The translations under genes were made by a program, and so were the position numbers. DNA of 64,000 nt, from contig CAVVYR010000006.1 of NCBI GenBank assembly GCA_963752475.1, positions 224,001 to 288,000 on the forward strand, given 5' to 3'. Below, piece after piece: positions 55,191 to 64,000 of the stretch; within the stretch, counting starts at the first letter, position 1, and every line of letters begins with the position of its first letter. The DNA is from an uncultured Chloroflexia bacterium (GTDB lineage: Bacteria; Chloroflexota; Limnocylindria; Limnocylindrales; CSP1-4). The notes beneath the pieces are model-generated. The model saw nothing but the letters and a program-made list of their open reading frames with translations, had not been told where the DNA came from and did no database searches.

Positions 55191-55262
55191 GTCAGGACGT
55201 GATCACCCAGGACGACATCGACGAGCAGAAGCGAGCACCGAGCAAAGGGAAGGGCAGCACCC

Positions 55263-57146
55263 ATGACCACCGAGAAGATGCAGGACAGCGCGGCGACGCC
55301 GCAGGCTGGAGCGCGACCGCAGCGCGGGCGACACCTGCCCAAGTCCTCCGAGACGGAGGCCATCGAACGCGCGCGCGCCGACATGCTCCAGCAGGGCCGA
55401 ATCGGCGAGCGTGATCGCATCGGTGCCGACGCGCTCTGCGAGGCCCTCATCCACCAGGGTGTCGATGTCCTGTTCGGCTACCCCGGGGGCGTGATCCTGC
55501 CGCTCTACGACGTCTGGGCCGACTACCCCGAGCTTCGCACCATCCTCGTCCGCCACGAGCAGGGAGCCGCACATGCTGCCGACGGCTACGCTCGCGCCAG
55601 CGGTCGCGTCGGTGTCTGTCTTGGTACCTCAGGTCCGGGTGCCACCAACCTGGTCACCGGTATCGCCACAGCCCAGCTCGACTCGGTGCCGATGGTCGCG
55701 CTCACGGGCAACGTCCCCGGCGCGCTGCTGGGCAAGGACGCCTTCCAGGAGATCGACATCAGCGGCATCACGCTGCCGATGACCAAGCACAACTACCTCG
55801 TGCGCAACGCCGACGACATCCCGCGCGTCATCGCCGAGGCCTTCCACATCGCTCGCACCGGGCGCCCTGGCCCGGTCCACGTCGACTTCACCAAGGACGC
55901 GCTCACGGCTGAGACGCAGGCCCAGAACCCGACCGAGCTGAACCTGCCCGGCTTCAAGCCGCGGGTCGAGGGCCACCCCCGCCAGGTCAAGCTCGCGGCC
56001 AAGGCCATCGCCGAGGCCAAGCGACCGGTCATCCTCGCCGGCCACGGCGTCCTCATCGCCGACGCCACCGAGGAGCTCAGGACGTTCGCGCACAAGGCGC
56101 AGATCCCCGTCACCTGGACGCTCCTGGGAGTCGGCGACATCCCCGAGGACGATCCGCTGGCCTACGGTTACATGGGCATGCATGGCTGGAAGCACGTCAA
56201 CAAGGCCATCCAGTCGTCCGACCTGCTCATCGCCCTGGGCATGCGCTTCGACGACCGCGTCACCGGCTCGGTCAGCACCTACGCGCCCAACGCCCAGATC
56301 GTCCATGTCGACATCGACCCCAGCGAGATCGGCAAGAACGTGGCCGTCGACATCCCCATCGTGGGTGACGTCGGCAACGTCCTGCGCTCATTCATCAAGG
56401 CCGTCCCCGAGGTCGACCCGGCCACGCGCGAGGAGTACTTCGCCGAGCTGGCCCAGTGGCGCGAGGACTCGCAGTCCATCTCCTGGCACGGCTCGGGCGG
56501 ATGGAAGGAGGGTCTGCTCACGGCCGATCACGTGATGCAGCGCCTGGGCGAGTTGACCGATCACGACGCCACCGTCGTGTCCGACGTGGGCCAGCACCAG
56601 ATGTGGCTGGCTCGCTATTACGGCTTCAAGCGCCCCGACAGCCACCTTAGCTCCGGCGGCCTGGGCACGATGGGCTTCGGCCTGCCCGCGGCCATGGGTG
56701 CCGCGCTCGGTCGGCCGGACAAGGAGACCTGGGCGGTCGTAGGCGACGGCGGTTTCCAGATGACCATCCAGGAGCTGCTGACCACGGTGGTCGACGACAT
56801 CCCCGTGAAGATCTGCCTCATGGACAACAAGAAGCTGGGCATGATCCGCCAGTGGCAGGAGATCGTCTATGGCGGCAACTACCACTCCAGCGACCTGCCC
56901 GCCCCGCAGTGGGACAAGCTGGCCGAGGCTTACGGCATGCCCACCTTCAAGGCCAGCTCGCCCGAGCAGGTCGATGAAGCCATCCGCGGAGCCCAGGCCC
57001 ACGACGGGCCGGCGCTGGTGTGGATGGAGATCGAGCAGACCCAGAACGTGATGCCGATGATGCCCGCCGGCAAGGGCCTCTCAGACCTCCTCGAGGGCTA
57101 CGGCGCCACCGGCAAGCCAGCCGAGGAAGAGGAAGAGGGCAAGTAG
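55263..57146 (+). CDS. ilvB: Acetolactate synthase large subunit
   Basis: FGYPGG, RHEQ, TSGPGATN, RFDDR, GDGGFQM, GMIRQWQ. Confidence 0.96.
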   Translation: MTTEKMQDSAATPQAGARPQRGRHLPKSSETEAIERARADMLQQGRIGERDRIGADALCEALIHQGVDVLFGYPGGVILPLYDVWADYPELRTILVRHEQGAAHAADGYARASGRVGVCLGTSGPGATNLVTGIATAQLDSVPMVALTGNVPGALLGKDAFQEIDISGITLPMTKHNYLVRNADDIPRVIAEAFHIARTGRPGPVHVDFTKDALTAETQAQNPTELNLPGFKPRVEGHPRQVKLAAKAIAEAKRPVILAGHGVLIADATEELRTFAHKAQIPVTWTLLGVGDIPEDDPLAYGYMGMHGWKHVNKAIQSSDLLIALGMRFDDRVTGSVSTYAPNAQIVHVDIDPSEIGKNVAVDIPIVGDVGNVLRSFIKAVPEVDPATREEYFAELAQWREDSQSISWHGSGGWKEGLLTADHVMQRLGELTDHDATVVSDVGQHQMWLARYYGFKRPDSHLSSGGLGTMGFGLPAAMGAALGRPDKETWAVVGDGGFQMTIQELLTTVVDDIPVKICLMDNKKLGMIRQWQEIVYGGNYHSSDLPAPQWDKLAEAYGMPTFKASSPEQVDEAIRGAQAHDGPALVWMEIEQTQNVMPMMPAGKGLSDLLEGYGATGKPAEEEEEGK

Positions 57147-57148
57147 CC

Positions 57149-57784
57149 ATGGCCATGAACGATCCCATCTCCGCACCGGTCAAGAACGCGGCCAAGGCTC
57201 GCCAGGTCCCAGGTACGGGCAACGAGCTCCACCGCCACGTGCTGGTGGTGCTGGTCAACAACCAGCCCGGCGTCCTCAACCGCGTCAGCAGCATGGTCCG
57301 CAGTCGCAACTTCAACATCGAGTCGCTGGCCGTGGGCCATACCGAGCGACCCGATATCAGCCGCATGACCGTCACGCTCCGGGGCGACGACTTCGCCGTC
57401 GAGCAGATGGGCAAGCAGCTCTATCGCCTGATCGATGTGCTCAAGGTGCAGGACCTGCCCGAGTCGGGCGTGGTCGAGCACGAGCTGGCGCTCATCAAGG
57501 TGCGTGCCACCGAGTCCAAGCGCAGCGAGATCCTGCGCATCATCGAGCTCTACAAGGGCCGCGTCCTCGACGTCGGTCCCGAAACCGTCATCATCGAACA
57601 CAGCGGCACCGAGCAGGAGATCGACTCGCTCGTGGCGCTGCTCGGCGGCTTCGGCATCAAGGAGATGGTGCGCACCGGCACCATCGCCCTCGGCCGTGGC
57701 TCCGGTGCCATCGACCTTGACGCCATCCTTCGTGCCGGCCCCGAGCCGGCCGTCGTGCCCACACGCGAAGCCGCCACCGAGTAG
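57149..57784 (+). CDS. ilvN: Acetolactate synthase small subunit
   Basis: NQPGVLNR, FNIESL, ELALIKV, EMVRTG. Confidence 0.95.
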   Translation: MAMNDPISAPVKNAAKARQVPGTGNELHRHVLVVLVNNQPGVLNRVSSMVRSRNFNIESLAVGHTERPDISRMTVTLRGDDFAVEQMGKQLYRLIDVLKVQDLPESGVVEHELALIKVRATESKRSEILRIIELYKGRVLDVGPETVIIEHSGTEQEIDSLVALLGGFGIKEMVRTGTIALGRGSGAIDLDAILRAGPEPAVVPTREAATE

Positions 57785-57799
57785 GAGGGAAACCCGAAC

Positions 57800-58869
<1,070 letters not shown>

Positions 58870-58873
<4 letters not shown>

Positions 58874-60483
58874 TGACAGCGGACGTACCAGTACGGATCT
58901 TCGATACCACCCTGCGTGACGGGGAGCAGGCGCCGGGCGCCGGACTCACCGTCAGCGAGAAGGTGGAGGTCGCGCGCCAGCTGGCCAAGCTGAACGTGGA
59001 CGTCATCGAGGCCGGCTTCCCGGCCGCATCGCCCGGCGACTTCGAGGCTGTCAACACCATCGCCCGGGAGACCAAGGGCATCGCTGTCGCCGGCCTCGCC
59101 CGCTGCAAGGACGGCGATCCCCAGCGGGGCGTGGAAGCGCTGCTGCCGGCCGAGAAGCCGCACCTGCACCTCTTCATCGCGACCAGCGACATCCACCTCA
59201 AGCACAAGCTGAGGATCTCCCGCGAGGAGGCCCTGAAGGCCGCCGTCGAATGGGTCAGCTACGCACGCAAGCGCCTGGGTCCCGACGCCGAGATCGAGTT
59301 CAGCGCCGAGGACGCCAGCCGGACCGAGCACGAGTACCTCTTCAAGGTCTACGAGGCCGTCGTGGACGCCGGTGCGACCACCGTCAACATCCCTGACACC
59401 GTGGGCTACGCCATCCCCTCCGAGTTCGGTGACCTCACTTCGCAGGTCGTCGAGCGCGTCGGCTCCGGCGCCGTCGTCTCGGTCCACTGCCACAACGACC
59501 TGGGCCTGGCCACGGCCAACACCCTGGCCGCGGTGCAGGCCGGTGCCCGCCAGGTGGAGGTCACCATCAACGGCCTCGGCGAGCGTGCCGGCAACGCCTC
59601 GCTCGAAGAGGTGGTCATGGCCCTGCGCACCCGCCCCACCGAGTTCCAGGTGGCGGGCCATGGCATCAACACCGAGCACATCAGCAACGCCAGCCGGCTG
59701 GTCAGCCACCTGACCGGCTTCTCGGTCCAGCCCAACAAGGCCATCGTCGGCCGCAACGCCTTCGCGCATGAGTCGGGCATCCACCAGGACGGCGTGCTCA
59801 AGAACGCGCTGACCTACGAGATCATGACCCCGCAGTCGGTGGGTCTCTCCGGCTCCCGCCTGTCGGTGGGCAAGCTGTCCGGCCGCCGCGGCCTCCAGGG
59901 CAAGCTGGCCGAGCTGGGCTACGAGGTCGACGGCGAGGCGCTCGACGTCATCTACCGCCAGGCCATCGCCCTCGCCGACACCAAGAAGGAAGTCACCGAC
60001 GCTGACCTCAGCGCGCTCGTCGAGGCCCAGGCCTCGGGCTCCGGCACGGCCGAGGAGGAGGCATCGGGTTCGCCCGTGCAGTTGGTGGACTGGTCCATCA
60101 GCTCGGGCAAGGGCGGAGTCGCCAAGGGCGCGGTCTCCCTTCTCGTGAACGGCCGGGCCGTGGAGGCCATGGCTGAGGGCAACGGCCCGGTCAACGCGCT
60201 CTTCGTGGCCGTGGACAAGGCCGTCGAGCCGGTCATCGGTTGGCACCCCGCGCTGGCCGAGTACGAGATCCGCGCGGTCTCGGAAGGCGAGGATGCCCAG
60301 GGCGCCGTGATGGTTCGCGCCCGTCGCTCGGTCGAGCCCGAGGAGACGGCCGAGACCGTCAACGGTCACGGTCTTTCGACCAACATCATCGAAGCCTCGC
60401 TGGAGGCCTACCTGGCCGGGCTGGAGAGGCTCATCGGCCGCGAGCCGGCGTCGACCGAAGCCAAGAAGGAGACACTCGTTTGA
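58870..60483 (+). CDS. leuA: 2-isopropylmalate synthase
   Basis: [31 protein letters not shown]. Confidence 0.95.
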
Positions 60484-61607
60484 GCCAGGAAGGCACGCCC
60501 ACGTACAACGTCGTCAAGATCCCCGGCGACGGCATCGGACCGGAGATCGTCGACGCCTCGCTGACCGTCCTCGACGCCACGGCCGAGAAGTTCGGCTTCG
60601 ACATCAAGTGGACGGAGGTGCTCGCCGGCGGCATCGCCATCGACGCCTACGGCGAGGCCGTGCGCGACGAGGATCTCGACGTGATGCTCAAGAGCGACGC
60701 CGTCTTCCTGGGTGCGGTCGGCGGCCCCAAGTGGGACGACCCCGCAGCCGCGGTCCGCCCCGAGCAGGGCCTGCTCAAGATCCGCAAGACATTGGGACTC
60801 TACGCCAACCTGCGCCCGGTCTCGGTGGAGCCGTCCTTGAAGGAGTCCTCGCCGCTGCGTGCGGACCTCATCGAGGGCGTGGACATGATGATCGTGCGCG
60901 AGCTCACCGGCGGCATCTACTTCGGCAAGCGCGAGGAGATGTTCGACGGCCCCAACGGCCGCGAGGCCTACGACACGATGTCCTACACCGAGCCGGAGGT
61001 GCGGCGCATCGTCGACCTCGCCTTCGGGCTCGCCCAGCAACGCCGCAAGAAGCTGACCAGCGTGGACAAGGCCAACGTCCTCGCCAACAGCCGCCTGTGG
61101 CACGCGGTCGTCGAGGAGATCGCACCCAGCTACCCGGACGTCGAGTTGGAGCACCGCCTCGTCGACTCCACGGCCATGTCGCTCATCACCAAGCCGGCCT
61201 CGTTCGACGTCATCGTCACCGGCAACATGTTCGGCGACATCCTCAGCGACGAGGCCTCGGTCCTCGCCGGCTCCCTGGGCATGCTGCCCAGCGCCTCGGT
61301 CGGTGAGCTCGAGACCGCTCACGGCCGCATCGGCATGTACGAGCCCATCCACGGCTCGAGCCCGGCCAAGACCGGCCTCGACATCGCCAACCCCACCGCC
61401 ACCATCCTGTCGGCAGCGATGATGCTGCGCTGGTCCCTGGGCCAGGCCGCGGCCGCCGACGCCATCGAGACCGCTGTCCGCGCCACGCTCGACAGCGGGA
61501 CTCGCACGAAGGACCTCATGGGGTCCAACGGCGAGGCCCGCGGTTGGGTCAGCGTCGGCACCGCCGCCTTCGGCGAGGCCGTGGCAGCGCAGCTCAAGTC
61601 CGCCTAG
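60480..61607 (+). CDS. leuB: 3-isopropylmalate dehydrogenase
   Basis: TTG overlaps leuA stop; GDGIGPE, DKANV, NMFGDILSD, EPIHGS. Confidence 0.95.
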   Translation: MSQEGTPTYNVVKIPGDGIGPEIVDASLTVLDATAEKFGFDIKWTEVLAGGIAIDAYGEAVRDEDLDVMLKSDAVFLGAVGGPKWDDPAAAVRPEQGLLKIRKTLGLYANLRPVSVEPSLKESSPLRADLIEGVDMMIVRELTGGIYFGKREEMFDGPNGREAYDTMSYTEPEVRRIVDLAFGLAQQRRKKLTSVDKANVLANSRLWHAVVEEIAPSYPDVELEHRLVDSTAMSLITKPASFDVIVTGNMFGDILSDEASVLAGSLGMLPSASVGELETAHGRIGMYEPIHGSSPAKTGLDIANPTATILSAAMMLRWSLGQAAAADAIETAVRATLDSGTRTKDLMGSNGEARGWVSVGTAAFGEAVAAQLKSA

Positions 61608-61637
61608 CCAGCCAGCCGAGACCACGGGGAGAGCAAC

Positions 61638-63278
<1,641 letters not shown>

Positions 63279-63281
63279 GCC

Positions 63282-63782
63282 ATGAGCGAGCAGAACCTCA
63301 AGCCAGGGAACGTGGTCAACGTTCCCGAGCGGCTGACTATCACGCGCGGGCAGCTGGTGTATGTCGGCTGGACGCTGACGCTGTTGGCCTACGTCGTGGT
63401 GCTCAACCTGTGGGTCGAGTTCAACGACAAGGTCGTCATCGACTCCTTCGTGCTCTCGATCGCCGTGGCCGTGGTGCTGCTCGCGCTGCTGGTCGTCATC
63501 CTCGGGCTCGAGCATCGCGTGAAGGAGTGGTTCGCCCTGCGTGAGGGCACGGTCTACCGCGTGCTCGGTACGGCCTCGACGCTGCTCATCCTCTTCCTCA
63601 GCAAGTTCGTCATCCTCGAGGTCGTGGACATCATCTTCGGCGAGCACGTGGAACTGGGCAGCTTCGTGGACGTGCTGCTGCTCGTGCTCCTGCTCATCGT
63701 GGCGCAGAGGGTCATGGTCCTGGTGTGGGACAAGCTCGGTGACCGCGGAAGTGCCGCCAACGAGGGCATGCTCAGCGAGTAG
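63282..63782 (+). CDS. Hypothetical membrane protein (about 4 TM)
   Basis: Four hydrophobic segments. Confidence 0.75.
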   Translation: MSEQNLKPGNVVNVPERLTITRGQLVYVGWTLTLLAYVVVLNLWVEFNDKVVIDSFVLSIAVAVVLLALLVVILGLEHRVKEWFALREGTVYRVLGTASTLLILFLSKFVILEVVDIIFGEHVELGSFVDVLLLVLLLIVAQRVMVLVWDKLGDRGSAANEGMLSE

Positions 63783-63820
63783 GCCCATCCCTCGCAGGGG
63801 CCGGACGCTAGGCTTGGGCG

Positions 63821-64000
63821 ATGAGCTCTGACACGCCGCTGCGAGTGGCCTATGCCGGTGCGCCCGGCTCGTTCGCCGAAGACGCGGTGCTGGCCGCGTT
63901 TCCCGCGGCGGAGGCCGTGCCGGTGCCGATGTTCGGTGACGTCACCAAGGCCGTCGAGGCGGGCCAGGTCGCGGCCGGCGTGCTACCCATCGAGAACGTG
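63821..64000 (+). CDS. pheA: Prephenate dehydratase, 3' end outside window
   Basis: VAYAGAPGSFAEDA...GVLPIEN. Confidence 0.85.
   Translation, partial: MSSDTPLRVAYAGAPGSFAEDAVLAAFPAAEAVPVPMFGDVTKAVEAGQVAAGVLPIENV

Overview
High-GC bacterial chromosome segment; gene style suggests Chloroflexota or Actinomycetota, but this cannot be proven from the sequence. It is dominated by amino-acid biosynthesis genes: metH, metC, a thrC-like enzyme, dapB-dapA-dapD-lysA, argR, argC-argJ-argB, argG-argH, ilvD, leuC-leuD, ilvB-ilvN-ilvC-leuA-leuB-cimA and the start of pheA. It also carries amt with a flanking two-component system, korAB, copA, fabD-fabF-fabF, vapBC, a GGDEF-EAL protein and several secreted enzymes. 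No rRNA, tRNA, CRISPR array or transposase was seen. The best candidate for an undescribed system is a set of ribosome-dependent leader-peptide attenuators. Two 20-codon leaders share one architecture: sensor codons at positions 8 and 10, an antiterminator in codons 12-17, a stop-codon hairpin, then a terminator. One has Met-x-Met before the thrC-like gene, the other Lys-x-Lys before the dap/lys operon. A 61-aa leader rich in rare Ile/Leu/Val codons precedes ilvB, and weaker uORF candidates precede argG and amt. Also notable: a ~260-nt structured, group II intron-like RNA followed by a 51-bp hairpin array, a PtsP-type GAF kinase/OmpR pair around amt with no adjacent PII gene, an archaeal-type DUF5612 protein, and two frameshifts. 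All RNA structures were paired by eye, not computed.
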